The notes: generated by a model not told the origin, from the letters alone. Positions 9,920 through 20,774 are shown, counted from the first letter of the stretch. The stretch is 64,000 bases of DNA from Nitrospirota bacterium (GCA_963754875.1 CAVWHO010000016.1:96001-160000), one strand, 5' to 3'. Translations and numbers: made by a program.

Positions 9920-10237
9920 TCAGCCGCCCTTCAATCTATGGAAAAGACAGGCGTACAGCTGGAAGTTCGATCCCTCTTCTTCTCGTACCTTTAAATAAAA
10001 ATCACATTGCTCGCAATGCTCGAACTTCATACCGCACATTCCCTGGACCTTGCCGCTGCACAAGGTGCCCGCGATCATCCAGCAGGCTCTTCCACTGTTT
10101 TTCCCGCCGTGCACGCCATTCAGACGGGTATCCGTCGTTGCCGGGCAAACGCCCGACACGGCGGCGCGTTCACCACCGGGTTCCCTTCCACAACCCTTCA
10201 ATTCCCAGCAATTCAATTTTGTTATGACATCGTCCAC
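9920..10237 (-). CDS. Two-CW domain Cys-rich protein
   Basis: NCWELKGCGREPGG...VCPA...HGGKNSGRACWMIAGTLCSG...CEQCDF. Confidence 0.85.
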   Translation of the reverse strand: MDDVITKLNCWELKGCGREPGGERAAVSGVCPATTDTRLNGVHGGKNSGRACWMIAGTLCSGKVQGMCGMKFEHCEQCDFYLKVREEEGSNFQLYACLFHRLKGG

Positions 10238-10278
10238 GATTTCACCGCGTCCGGAAAAAAGGTCTCCTCTGAGGCTTT

Positions 10279-10641
10279 CTATTTCTTGGGCTTCTCCTGG
10301 GGAGTGGCCGGAGCTATTGATGGAAATTTTTGTTTTTCAAGGCACCGCTCTATCCCGAGACGCGTGACCGAAAAACCCAAGGCTGAGGGTTCTTCTTCCT
10401 GTTTCACTCGTGTCATGAATTCACAGCGCCAGCAATTATGTAATTTCTGCGCATAGGTGCCTTCAATTTTTCCGCCGCACAGGGATCCCGCCACGACCCA
10501 GCATGCCCTTCCTGCGTTCTGGCCGCCGTGGGCGCCGCCCAAGTCCTGAGATGTGGACACCGGGCAGATGCCGAGTTCTTGCGCTTTATGGCCGCCAGGC
10601 TGACGTCCGCAATTCTTGAATTCCCAGCAATTCTTTTTCAT
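10279..10641 (-). CDS. Two-CW domain Cys-rich protein
   Basis: NCWEFKNCGRQPGG...ICPV...HGGQNAGRACWVVAGSLCGG...CWRCEF; GGAGGG RBS. Confidence 0.87.
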   Translation of the reverse strand: MKKNCWEFKNCGRQPGGHKAQELGICPVSTSQDLGGAHGGQNAGRACWVVAGSLCGGKIEGTYAQKLHNCWRCEFMTRVKQEEEPSALGFSVTRLGIERCLEKQKFPSIAPATPQEKPKK

Positions 10642-10794
10642 ACCGTCCCTCCTGTATACCGTTCTCGATAATGCTCATCCCGTATCGCGATGAGGTGGCT
10701 GGTCCCATATTCTGTAAGACATTGCAGCAACCACGGAAAAACGTTTTTCCGTTTCCGACAGATTGACACCGAGGAATGCGCTGCATGAATGTCT

Positions 10795-10810
10795 AGCAAA
10801 AATATTGCCA
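10795..10810 (-). promoter_or_regulatory. Putative sigma54 (-24/-12) promoter for the two-CW/REC operon
   Basis: Minus strand TGGCAATATTTTTGCT = TGGCA-N6-TTGC with exact GG-N10-GC spacing. Confidence 0.65.
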
Positions 10811-11109
10811 TCTCTAACCAATTGTTTTTTAAATTTTTAAGCAGTGAGAGAGCTGAAATGCCGGGCAATTTATCTTGGCATGACGGCAGAATGCCTGATT
10901 GAGAAGATGCGAAGGACAAAAAAATATTCAGGGTTTTACAATCACGGGTCCTGATGTTGACCGCCTCAACCCAGCATCCGTTTTATTCGCTCTTTCTGCT
11001 TCTATTTACACCACGCCTTATCGGGCATTCTGTCTTCCAGATAGGGAGAGATTCCCGACTGTGCAGCGTGCTCGCATCACTATACTATAAAAAATCAGTG
11101 CGTTAGCAA

Positions 11110-11125
11110 TGGCAGCATTTATGCT
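11110..11125 (+). promoter_or_regulatory. Putative sigma54 promoter for the triheme cytochrome
   Basis: TGGCAGCATTTATGCT, GG-N10-GC, immediately upstream of the RBS and ATG 11153. Confidence 0.55.
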
Positions 11126-11152
11126 AGGAGAAGACGGCGGGAGGGAGTGGGC

Positions 11153-11470
11153 ATGAAAAAATATATTTTTATGATCGAGCTTATTTCACTTTTTCTCACA
11201 CCAACGGCATGGTCAAAGATCGGAGGCGGAGATATAACGTTCCTGGTGAAAGATGCGGGGAATGTTGTATACAACCATGATTCCCATGTCGATAAATTGG
11301 GGCTGGGGTGTTCAGCGTGTCACTACGGTATTTTTGCCCGGGCCGCACATAACATCAGGGATAAAGCGACCATGACAGAGATGCAGAATGGGAAGTCTTG
11401 CGGCAGTTGCCATAACGGACGAAGAGCATTCGGGGTAGATAAAAACTGCTCACGCTGCCATCATAAATGA
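11153..11470 (+). CDS. Periplasmic triheme c(7)-type cytochrome
   Basis: Signal-peptide-like N-terminus; V.YNHDSH plus CSACH, CGSCH(NG..AF) and CSRCH. Confidence 0.9.
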   Translation: MKKYIFMIELISLFLTPTAWSKIGGGDITFLVKDAGNVVYNHDSHVDKLGLGCSACHYGIFARAAHNIRDKATMTEMQNGKSCGSCHNGRRAFGVDKNCSRCHHK

Positions 11471-11693
11471 CAACGTGTCAGCAGGAAAGTAACATCCGTA
11501 ATTCCCTGTAGACGGAGCGGCGGAGCTGCATTTCTCACCGAGGGGACACATGACCCTGTGAAGTGAGCGTTGCGACGTGAGGCGGTATTCGGGAAAATAA
11601 ATTTTTGCTAGAATGTCGGCAGGTGCGTCAAGCATAAAAAAGCCAGTTCTGCACTTTGCAAATCTTACCTCTTAAGTTGAAAGATCATGATAC

Positions 11694-14369
11694 ATGGAAA
11701 AAATTAAAAGAATAACCATCTCGGGCAAGCGGTATGATTTTTATCTGTTGTCGGCATGGACCGCGGTAATTGCTTTTGCTTTTATTTTTTCTGCTTATTA
11801 TTATCATCAAAACATGCTCGGCCAGGCCGCAATCGAAGCGCGAACACACTTGGATCTGGATATGGAATACAGGTCTTTTATAACAACATTAGGAGGTGTG
11901 TATGTTCCCGCTTCGGTTGTTCGCCCGAATCCATTCCTCGTTGCCCGGAATAAAAATATCACGACAACCGAGGGAAATAAACTGACGCTTGTTAACTCGG
12001 CATATATGACGAGATTGTTATTCGACACAGACAATACAAGTACGGGACAGCCCGCTATCAGCAAAATTACCAGTTTAAAGCCCATTAATCCGGGCAACAA
12101 GCCGGACGCCTGGGAAAGGGACGCCTTGCTCTCCTTCGAGAAAGGTCGACAGGAGGCCCGTGAAGTCAAAACAATAAATGGAGAACCCTTTTTGAGACTC
12201 ATGCGACCGCTCGTCACCGAAAGAAGATGCCTCATGTGTCATGCATACCAGGGGTATAAGGACGGAGATATCCGCGGCGGCATCAGCGTGGCCGTTCCGT
12301 TAAAACAGTATCTGAAAACAGAATCAAGAACAAGAAGCAAATTATTTATTATCGATATTTTCGTTTGGCTTATCGGATGCGCAGGGATCGTCGGCTTTTC
12401 CAGGGTCAGGCAAGAACAGGAAAAAGATCTTGTGGAAAGCGAATGGAAGTTCAGGACTGTATCAGAATCAACTCATGACTGGGAGTATTGGGCTGCTGAA
12501 GATGGGTCAATAGCATATATGTCCCCTTCCAGCACGATCATCACCGGTTACAGCCCCGAGGAGTTCTTAACGAAGCCCGACCTTCTCATGGAAATCATGC
12601 ATGATGAAGACAGAGCTACCTTTAGTTGTCACTTGAGTGATGTGAGGGCCAAGCAACACCGGGAAATAGAAATCAGAATTATCACAAAGGACGGCCATCT
12701 GAAATGGATTGCTCATTCATGTTCTCCTCTCTATAAGAAGGAAAGATTCCTCGGAAGGCGTGTAAACAACAGGGACATTACCGAACGCAAACAGGCCGAG
12801 GAGGCCCTGATCGAACAGGAGGGGTTTTCAGCAAATCTTATCGGGCACTCGGCAACGGCAACTTTCGTTTTGGATAAAAACCACAAGATCATGCTCTGGA
12901 ATAGGGCATGCGAAGAACTTACCGGGCTTCGTGAATCCCAGATGATAGATACCGATGACCAGTGGAAACCCTTCTACAGCTACAAGAGGCCCACCATCGC
13001 AGATTTCATTATTGACAACGATTTCGAAGAGCTTTTTAAATATTATGACAATTATACAAAATCACCACTCCTCCCCCAGGGAATCAAGGCCGAAGGCTGG
13101 TATCGAGATCTCGGTGGCAAGGACAGATACATCATCTTTGAGGCGTCTCCGATACATAGCAGCAAAGGAAAGCTGATAGCCGCGATTGAGACACTGCAGG
13201 ATATAACGGAAAACAAAAAACTTGAGGAACAACTTCTTCAGTCCCAGAAGCTAGACGCCATCGGTAAACTCGCTGGCGGCGTGGCCCACGACTTTAATAA
13301 TATACTGACCGCTATCATGGGGTTTTCTCATCTCACGCTTTCGAAACTGCCTGAAGACGATCCGTTGAGAGGCAACATGGATCAAATTCTCCTCGCGTCG
13401 AACCGGGCAGTCGAGCTTACCCAGGGTCTTCTTTCTTTCAGCAGGAAACGTATTATGAACCCTGCGCCGCACAGCCTGACTGACATTGTCGTGAAACTGA
13501 AAAAATTTTTGCTGCGGTTGATCAGGGAGGACATACAGCTGCTTATTACGCTGTCGGAGGAGGAACTGACTGTTTTCGTTGACAGCGGCCAGATTGAGCA
13601 GGTGCTGATGAACCTCGTTACAAATGCAAGAGATGCCCTGCCGACGGGTGGGCAAATAGCTATCCGAACTGAGTCTGCATACTTGGATGAGTCCTTTGCC
13701 GAGACGCATGGGTATGGGGAGGCGGGCAGATATGCCGTTCTCATTGTTTCTGATACAGGCAAGGGAATGGATGCAAAAACGAGAGATAGGATATTCGAGC
13801 CTTTTTTTACAACAAAAGAACAGGGGAAAGGGACAGGTCTCGGCCTCGCAGTAGTATACGGCATCATCAAGCAGCATAATGGATTTATCAACGTCTATAG
13901 CGAGCCGGGGAAAGGTACGTCGTTTAAAATCTATCTGCCTCAATTGAGAGGGAGCCACAAGGTAGAGCAAAGAGAGGTGCAATCCAGCACAATACAAGGC
14001 GGCTCAGAGACGGTACTCATAGCCGAGGACGACGCAGTGTTGAGGGAACTATCGTCCACAATACTGCGCAATCACGGATACCACGTGATCGAGGCGGTTG
14101 ACGGCGAAGACGTAGTGGTCAAATTCAACGAAAACAAGGGTCGCGTGAAATTGATTATCTTCGACGTCATTATGCCGAAGAAGAACGGTTTAGAAGCGTA
14201 TCAGGATATTCGGAGGATAGACCAAGCGGTGAAAGCAATTTTCGTCAGTGGTTATGCGGAAGACTTAATGAATAAAGAAGGTCTGCTTGAGCCCGGCATC
14301 AATTTCATTTCTAAACCCATTATCCCATCAACGTTGTTGCAGAATGTGAGAAAAGTGTTGACTTCGTAA
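11694..14369 (+). CDS. Hybrid sensor histidine kinase: periplasmic heme-c (DUF3365-like) sensor, 2 PAS, HisKA, HATPase, REC
   Basis: TSLKPINPGNKPDAWE...CLMCH between two TMs; LAGGVAHDFNN, NLVTNARDA, PFFTTK..GKGTGLGL, C-terminal receiver. Confidence 0.93.
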   Translation: MEKIKRITISGKRYDFYLLSAWTAVIAFAFIFSAYYYHQNMLGQAAIEARTHLDLDMEYRSFITTLGGVYVPASVVRPNPFLVARNKNITTTEGNKLTLVNSAYMTRLLFDTDNTSTGQPAISKITSLKPINPGNKPDAWERDALLSFEKGRQEAREVKTINGEPFLRLMRPLVTERRCLMCHAYQGYKDGDIRGGISVAVPLKQYLKTESRTRSKLFIIDIFVWLIGCAGIVGFSRVRQEQEKDLVESEWKFRTVSESTHDWEYWAAEDGSIAYMSPSSTIITGYSPEEFLTKPDLLMEIMHDEDRATFSCHLSDVRAKQHREIEIRIITKDGHLKWIAHSCSPLYKKERFLGRRVNNRDITERKQAEEALIEQEGFSANLIGHSATATFVLDKNHKIMLWNRACEELTGLRESQMIDTDDQWKPFYSYKRPTIADFIIDNDFEELFKYYDNYTKSPLLPQGIKAEGWYRDLGGKDRYIIFEASPIHSSKGKLIAAIETLQDITENKKLEEQLLQSQKLDAIGKLAGGVAHDFNNILTAIMGFSHLTLSKLPEDDPLRGNMDQILLASNRAVELTQGLLSFSRKRIMNPAPHSLTDIVVKLKKFLLRLIREDIQLLITLSEEELTVFVDSGQIEQVLMNLVTNARDALPTGGQIAIRTESAYLDESFAETHGYGEAGRYAVLIVSDTGKGMDAKTRDRIFEPFFTTKEQGKGTGLGLAVVYGIIKQHNGFINVYSEPGKGTSFKIYLPQLRGSHKVEQREVQSSTIQGGSETVLIAEDDAVLRELSSTILRNHGYHVIEAVDGEDVVVKFNENKGRVKLIIFDVIMPKKNGLEAYQDIRRIDQAVKAIFVSGYAEDLMNKEGLLEPGINFISKPIIPSTLLQNVRKVLTS

Positions 14370-14408
14370 GCCGGCAGGCGCCCTTAATAGAGTTACCGTT
14401 GAATAATT

Positions 14409-14424
14409 CGGCAGAGGGATTGCG
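14409..14424 (+). promoter_or_regulatory. Putative sigma54 promoter for the MCP
   Basis: CGGCAGAGGGATTGCG, GG-N10-GC with TTGC, ~57 nt upstream of the MCP start. Confidence 0.5.
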
Positions 14425-14480
14425 ATTCCACGCTTCTCAAACCGAACACTTACTACAGCTGAAAAGCGAGGAGTTGAACC

Positions 14481-16088
14481 GTGATAATGAAAAAAACTAT
14501 TAACGGCAATATGTCATTGTCTTCGAAAATTGGTGCCCCCATTGTTGTCGCTGTATTTATTGGTATTGCCATTTCCGTACTTGTTACTGGCTATACAATG
14601 AAATTAATTGTTATTCAGGAGGTGGAGAAATCGACGCTGGAAACAACGCGAGATACGGTTCTGAATTCCCTTACAACAATGATGGTGAGTAATGATATTC
14701 AAAATTCAAAGAAATTATTCATCGACCAGATGAAGAATATTGTCGATCTGAAAGTAATCAGGTCAGATAAATTAAACGAACAATTTGGCACGGTTGAAAA
14801 AAGTTATACAAAAGATGATATTCAAGCGGAAGTACTCAGCAAAGGAGTAGAGAAAATAGTCCTTGAAGGTGAGTCTATAAGAGGGGTTTATCCCTATATT
14901 GCCAAGCGGAATATTATGGGGAGAAACTGCCTGAGCTGTCACAATGTGCCCGAAGGGACTGTCCTGGCGGCTGTGGACATAACAGTACCCCTCGGCGCCT
15001 CCTATGCGAGAATTAAAAAATTACAGTGGCTATTTGTCCTTTTGGGTCTTGCAGGAATTTTGACGCTCTTGTTTATTGTCCGTTACATAATGAAAGTCAT
15101 GCTGCGGCCCCTCCACGAAGTTATAAGCAAAATAAAGGAAGTTTCAACGGGCGATCTTACCGTACATTTCCCTTATCATAATAATGACGAAATAGGGGTT
15201 CTCTCACGAAACATGGAAACAATGACGCAGTCGATTTCCTTATTAATCACGCGTATTCTGACAACATCCTCAAAAGTTGTTGATTCTGTCGATGCTCTTC
15301 AGCAAAGCGGAGACCGTCTGTTTACTAGCGCTAAAAACCAAGCCGTGCAGGCTCAACATATTGCGTCAGCGTCGGAAGAGATGAGCCTGACGATCGGAGA
15401 CATAGCAAAAAATTCTTCCGTAGCGGCATCAATTACTTCAAACGCCATGAACATGGCGAACGGAGGAAAATCTGTCGCCGAAGGGGCCGTGCAAATAATC
15501 ACTAATGTGGATGCCTGCAGTGCTGAGTTGCAGCACCTCATTAATGATTTGAATGAAAGCGCTATGGATATAGGCAACATTGTAACTATTATCAATGGAA
15601 TTGCCGATCAGACCAATTTGCTTGCGTTAAATGCATCGGTCGAAGCAGCGCATGCCGGCGATAAGGGCCGTGGTTTTGCTGTTGTTGCTGATGAAGTCCG
15701 CAAATTGGCCGAAAAAACGATTAATGCTACAATAGAAATATCCAGCAAAACAAAAGCAGTACAGCAAAAAACAAACCAAGCTACTATATCGATGGAAAGT
15801 TCCTCGAAGGAAGTAAGTAAAGCCACTACACATATGAAGAGCGTGGGAGAACAATTACACCACATCGTGGATGCTGTTCAAAAAGCCAAGGACGAAATAA
15901 TATCCATTGCTACAGCTGTTGAGGAACAGTCCTCGGTTGCCGAGAATGTCACGAAAAACATAGCAATAACATCTAATACCGCTCAAAGCATGGAAGATCT
16001 GGCAAACAATATTTCACATCAGGTTAATGCTTTAACCAAAGTAGTTACCGAGATGAGAGAATATTCCTCTGAGTTCAAAACTGCCTAA
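14481..16088 (+). CDS. Methyl-accepting chemotaxis protein with periplasmic CxxCH heme-c sensor
   Basis: TM-periplasmic(NCLSCHNV)-[18 protein letters not shown]...[16 protein letters not shown]. Confidence 0.93.
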   Translation: MIMKKTINGNMSLSSKIGAPIVVAVFIGIAISVLVTGYTMKLIVIQEVEKSTLETTRDTVLNSLTTMMVSNDIQNSKKLFIDQMKNIVDLKVIRSDKLNEQFGTVEKSYTKDDIQAEVLSKGVEKIVLEGESIRGVYPYIAKRNIMGRNCLSCHNVPEGTVLAAVDITVPLGASYARIKKLQWLFVLLGLAGILTLLFIVRYIMKVMLRPLHEVISKIKEVSTGDLTVHFPYHNNDEIGVLSRNMETMTQSISLLITRILTTSSKVVDSVDALQQSGDRLFTSAKNQAVQAQHIASASEEMSLTIGDIAKNSSVAASITSNAMNMANGGKSVAEGAVQIITNVDACSAELQHLINDLNESAMDIGNIVTIINGIADQTNLLALNASVEAAHAGDKGRGFAVVADEVRKLAEKTINATIEISSKTKAVQQKTNQATISMESSSKEVSKATTHMKSVGEQLHHIVDAVQKAKDEIISIATAVEEQSSVAENVTKNIAITSNTAQSMEDLANNISHQVNALTKVVTEMREYSSEFKTA

Positions 16089-16134
16089 GGCGAACTGATA
16101 ATGTTGGACCGCTGAAACAGATCACCGTTAGAGG

Positions 16135-18964
16135 TCACTGTCGCGGCAGCGTGATGGAAAAGGTCGTTCCCCTCCCCAATTCGGTCGTAACGCGGATATC
16201 GCCATGATGGTCAACAAGTATTTTTTTTGTAATCGCAAGTCCGAGGCCGGTCCCCCCGTTGGCAGCTTTCGTCGTATAGAAGGGGTCAAAGATCCTATTG
16301 ATCTGCTCCGGCAATATGCCGCCTCCCGTATCGCTGATCCTGATGTTGACCGCCTCCTCCTCAGCAACCGTCTCGATGGCCAAGGCGCCTTTGTCGTCCA
16401 TGGCGTCGAGGCCGTTTGTAATCACCGTGAGAAAGACCTGCCTCAGTTCCCCTTCGTTCCCATAGACGGTAAGGTTCCCTTGTGTATAGCCTCTCACCAC
16501 CTCGACTTCTTTTAATCTGCCTTGAAGGCTGATGACCTCCAGTGTCCTGTCGATCATCTCATGGACATCGATCGTCTTTTTGTCCGGCGAGCCTTTCCGT
16601 ACGAACGAAAGCATGCCTGTGGTTATATTTTTGCACCGCGCAATCTCTTCTTCGATGATCTCCAGATATTTCTTGAACAGCGCCGGCTCAAAGTGTCCCT
16701 GGTTAACCCGGTTCAAGAGACCTTCCGCACATCCCCTGATCGCGGCCAACGGGTTGTTGATCTCATGGGCGATGCTCGCCGCCATCTGTCCGAGAGATGC
16801 CAACCGCTCGTTCATGATGAACCGCATCTCTCGTTCCCGTTCCTGCGTCACGTCTCTTACGATATTGATGGTCCCGCCGGGGGCCCCATCGGGGTTCAGG
16901 TAAGGAAAGTGCGTGGTCACCAACGTTCTTTTATTTATCGGGTCCACCTGTTGGACATCAGCCGCGATGCCTGTTTCCTGTATCCTATGGTGCGGACAAT
17001 CAGTATAGGGATCACGTGATTCGTGGACCAGTTCGTAGCATTTCTGATTGAGAATTGACGAAAAGCTCTTCCCAACATACGCAGCAAAGGCCTTGTTCGC
17101 CTTGATAATCCTGTATTCCCTGTCGGTGATGCAGATGGGGTCCTGGATATTATCGAAAGTATCACTCCATTCTTTCTCGGAACGGCTGACCTGAGCGACC
17201 AGATACTGAAGCTCCATGACGAACTTCTCCCGTTCCATCTCCATCCGCTTTCGCTGTGAAATATCGACCACCGCGATCCGGATCTGACCTGCCTTATCGT
17301 CGACATTATCGGCGATCGTACTCTGGAGTTGGGCGTAAAATGCCGGGGCATTTCTCGGTACTATCCTCAACTCGCAGGTCTGTAATGCTTGGCTCCTGAA
17401 TGTTTCCTTACGATGGCCTTCGTAAACTGCAAGATCGCCCTTTTCGATAAAAGGGGTAAAAGATTCCCCTATCAACAGATGCCTGGTTACGCCCACCATA
17501 TTGGCCCCGGTAAGATTCGCTTCCCGGATCCGACCGCTTGCATCAATCAAGAAATACCCGAACCGGAGAGAAATCAAAGAGGTCCCTATATCTGGCGCGG
17601 GAGGATTCAAGCTCCACCCGCGCGCGGTGCAACGTTTTTTCCGCCTGTTTGCGCTCAGAGATATCGCGTACGATCGCCACCATGTATCGCTTCCCCCCCT
17701 CGGCAACAGGCATGACGTTGATTTCAACGGGGAAGACACTGCCGTCTTTTCGCCGATGCAAACTCTCGATCATAAACGATCGACGCTTGAGGACGTCTTC
17801 GCACCTTTGTTTCCATGAGTGATCGTCCGGAATATTTAGGTCGAAGTCCCTTACCGACAAAGACAGCACTTCCGGGCGGGTGTAACCATACCTCTCGCAG
17901 ACTTTCTCGTTGCAGTCCGAAAAACGGCCGGTTTCGTGATCAGTTACGAATATGCAATCGTTTGACCGGTCGATAAGCGCGCGAAACAGCCTCAGGTCCT
18001 TCTCAGCCTGCTTCCGGCTGGTAATGTCCCTCGCTACTTCAACAGCCGCGACGACCTCCCCCGACACATCGCGCACCGGAGATGCAATAAGTTCGTACGT
18101 TACTTCGCCCCGTTGTTCGATCAGGCCAGTTCGCTCCACGATATGGCGCTTCCCATCCTGGAAGGACAGCACAAGGGGGCAATCTTCACAGACAGCGTCC
18201 TTCTTCCGGTACGCCTTGTAGCAATACTCGCCGACATGGTCTCCGCCGACAAGTTCCCTGTGGAGCCGATTCTGATAAATGACCCTGAAATCCCTGCCCT
18301 GCATGCTGACGCCATCGGCTATAGCCACTATGATAGCCTCGGACTTGTTTTTTTCTTCTACGGTTTTTGCCAGCGCCCGACGCAACGTTTCTTCCGCCTG
18401 TTTGCGCTCGGAGATGTCCACAACGGCAATTCGGATCAGACCGTTCGCCTTGCCATCCTGTTCGACAGCCAAGCAGTGCAACTGAGCAAAAAACGGGGAA
18501 CCGCTCTTTCTTTTGAGTTTAACTTCGCAAGGTTGCTGGTACTTCTTCTCGATGACTTCGGCAAAATGAGAGAGGAACACCCGCTGTTCTTTCCTGTCCG
18601 CGAGAAAAACGGAGAAGGGTCCGTTGATCACTTGCAGCCGGTTGACGCCGAGCAGGGTCGCACAGGCGAGGTTAATTTCCTTGATCGCGCCGCGGGCATC
18701 GAGCGCAAGATAGCCGACAGGCGCAAAATCGTACAAATCGGCCAACTTGTCGCGGGACGATTCCAGTGCCTCCCTCGTACGTCTGAGCTCTTCGTTCTGC
18801 ATTTCGAGCTCGATCTGGTGAGTTCCGAGCTCATTGACGAGCTGTTTTAAATCATAGGTCGTGAGCTTGCTCAAGCCTTTCGTCTGTTCACCGAGCTTTT
18901 TCTTCGCCTTCCGTCGAAGGGCGGCGAGGGTTTCCGATTTTGAACTGGATTTTTTCGTAGGCAT
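16135..18964 (-). CDS. Multi-PAS cytoplasmic sensor histidine kinase (NtrB-like), split by one frameshift near 17562
   Basis: ELGTHQIELEMQNEELRR, LYDFAPVGY PAS repeats; FDFSPV|GYFLID continues in the 16135-17739 frame; IAHEINNPL, PFYTTK..GGTGLGL; ATG at 18964. Confidence 0.88.
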
Positions 18965-18980
18965 TCTTCTCACCGAATCC

Positions 18981-20297
18981 TCATTCTTCCACCCCGTAGC
19001 TTGCCAGCTTCCGGTACAAGGTCTTCGGGTCAATGCCGAGCAGTTCCGCCGCCTTGCCCCGCTGTCCTGCCGATGCGTCGAGGACGCGCAGGATGTGCTC
19101 CCTCTCGACGTCTTCGAGCCGCGTGGAGGCTGCCTTCGGGCCCGTGACAAGATCGAGAGGGAGGTCGTAGGGTTCAATCACATCGCTGCGCGACAGGAGG
19201 AGCGTCCGGTGCACGACGTTCTGCAGTTCCCGCACGTTTCCGGGCCACGGGTATGCTGTGAGGACGCGGAGCGCCGACTCGCTGAACCGCTTTTGCTTGA
19301 AAGCGGCGTCACGCTTCGTAAAGTAATCGATCAACGCCCGGATGTCCTCCTTGCGCTCCCGCAAGGGCGCAATCGGCACGGTGAGCGCCGTGACCCGGTA
19401 ATACAGGTCTTGCCTGAAGGCCCCTTTCCGGATTTCTTCCTTAAGGTCCTTGTTCGAAGCAGCAAGTATCCTGATGTCCACCTTCTGCTCACGGGTGCCG
19501 CCGAGCCTGAAGAAACTCCCAGTTTCAATGACCCGGAGCAGCTTTATCTGGAGCGCAAGGGGCATGTCACCGATCTCATCGAGGAAGAGCGTCCCGCTGT
19601 TCGCGACTTCCAGGAGTCCGGGTTTTCGTGCTGAAGCGCCGGTAAATGCACCTTTTTCAAAACCGAACAATTCGCTCTCGATCATGTTCTCGGGAATCGC
19701 CCCGCAGTTGATCGGGACAAAGGGACCGCCGGCGCGCTTCGACTCCCGGTGGATGCTCGCTGCAATCAGTTCTTTGCCCACGCCGCTCTCGCCGGTAATG
19801 AGCACGGGGAAATCGGATTGAGCGACCTTTTTCGCGGTCTCCTGCAATTCCTGCATTACGCGACTCGCGGCAATAAGGTGTTTCCGTTCCGTCTGCCGCT
19901 GAATTTGCGTTTTTAAAAGAATATTCTCGCTGCGGAGCTTCTTTTTTTCGTAGGCTTTATCGATGATCGGTCCAAGTTCTTCCAGGCGGAATGGCTTCGA
20001 CAGGTAATCATAGGCCCCGAGTTTCATGGCCTCGACGGCAGTCGATATGGTTGCGTTCGCTGTCAGCACGATCACTTCGGTGGGAATATCGAGAGACTTT
20101 ATTTTTTTTAGGACATCGATGCCCACGAGTCCGGGCATGTTCAGATCGAGAAGGAGAACATCATATTCGTCCTGATCGAGCAGTTCCAGAGCCCGCCGTC
20201 CGTTTTCCACCTCATCTACATGAGTGTGATCGTTCGAAAGCTCCGTACGCAACACCTGCCTGATGTTCTTTTCATCGTCGGCAACGAGCAGTTTCAT
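18981..20297 (-). CDS. Sigma54-dependent response regulator (REC-AAA+-Fis HTH, NtrC family)
   Basis: LLLDLNMP receiver; GESGVGKE, ESELFG, GAFTGA, LFLDEIG, WPGNVREL, LGIDPKTLYRKL. Confidence 0.96.
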   Translation of the reverse strand: MKLLVADDEKNIRQVLRTELSNDHTHVDEVENGRRALELLDQDEYDVLLLDLNMPGLVGIDVLKKIKSLDIPTEVIVLTANATISTAVEAMKLGAYDYLSKPFRLEELGPIIDKAYEKKKLRSENILLKTQIQRQTERKHLIAASRVMQELQETAKKVAQSDFPVLITGESGVGKELIAASIHRESKRAGGPFVPINCGAIPENMIESELFGFEKGAFTGASARKPGLLEVANSGTLFLDEIGDMPLALQIKLLRVIETGSFFRLGGTREQKVDIRILAASNKDLKEEIRKGAFRQDLYYRVTALTVPIAPLRERKEDIRALIDYFTKRDAAFKQKRFSESALRVLTAYPWPGNVRELQNVVHRTLLLSRSDVIEPYDLPLDLVTGPKAASTRLEDVEREHILRVLDASAGQRGKAAELLGIDPKTLYRKLASYGVEE

Positions 20298-20528
20298 GAC
20301 AGCTTGCCCCCGAAAACCATATCAACCGTGCTGGATAATCACGACAAGCCATTACGGCTCAATTAAAATAGTATACAACAGGACCGGTCTCTATGCAAGA
20401 GCGACCAGATTGTGCGACCAGATTGTGGAATCTGCCGTTGAGGGAATAGGTAATTTAAAAAAAGGGGGGGGAAGATGGGGGAGGTCAAAAAAAGACCGTC
20501 CAATTGAACACGCTTGCGAGGGAATGTT

Positions 20529-20774
20529 TTATGACTTTTTGGCGGCCTTCAAAAGTTTTTCGAGTTTATCTGATCCGACGCACTCTTTGGCGTAGGCGCA
20601 CCACTCGATACAGGACGTGCCGATGGGCCGTGCATTCAAGTGACCGCACTTCTTGCACTCGGTCTCGGGCTCGTCGCTCCAGATCTCAATCTTCTCGCCG
20701 CACTTCTGGCACCGGATGTCTTCCGGTTTCGGCGACCGTATTTCCGCGCTTCCTGGACAGCCTTCTTTAAACAT
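20529..20774 (-). CDS. Small Cys-rich metal-binding (Zn-ribbon-like) protein
   Basis: CPG...CQKCGEKIEIWSDE...CKKCG...SCIEWC.YAKEC (8 Cys in 81 aa). Confidence 0.75.
   Translation of the reverse strand: MFKEGCPGSAEIRSPKPEDIRCQKCGEKIEIWSDEPETECKKCGHLNARPIGTSCIEWCAYAKECVGSDKLEKLLKAAKKS

Noticed and set aside
9690..9922. Possible readthrough of two TGAs after the 9920-10237 two-CW gene into a protein-like tail
   Set aside because: No convincing SECIS hairpin or Cys-equivalent context; the tail overlaps the downstream receiver gene.
17543..19177. 544-aa ORF start overlapping the sigma54 regulator
   Set aside because: The N-terminal ~70 codons are an alternate frame of the regulator; the plausible start is ATG 18964.
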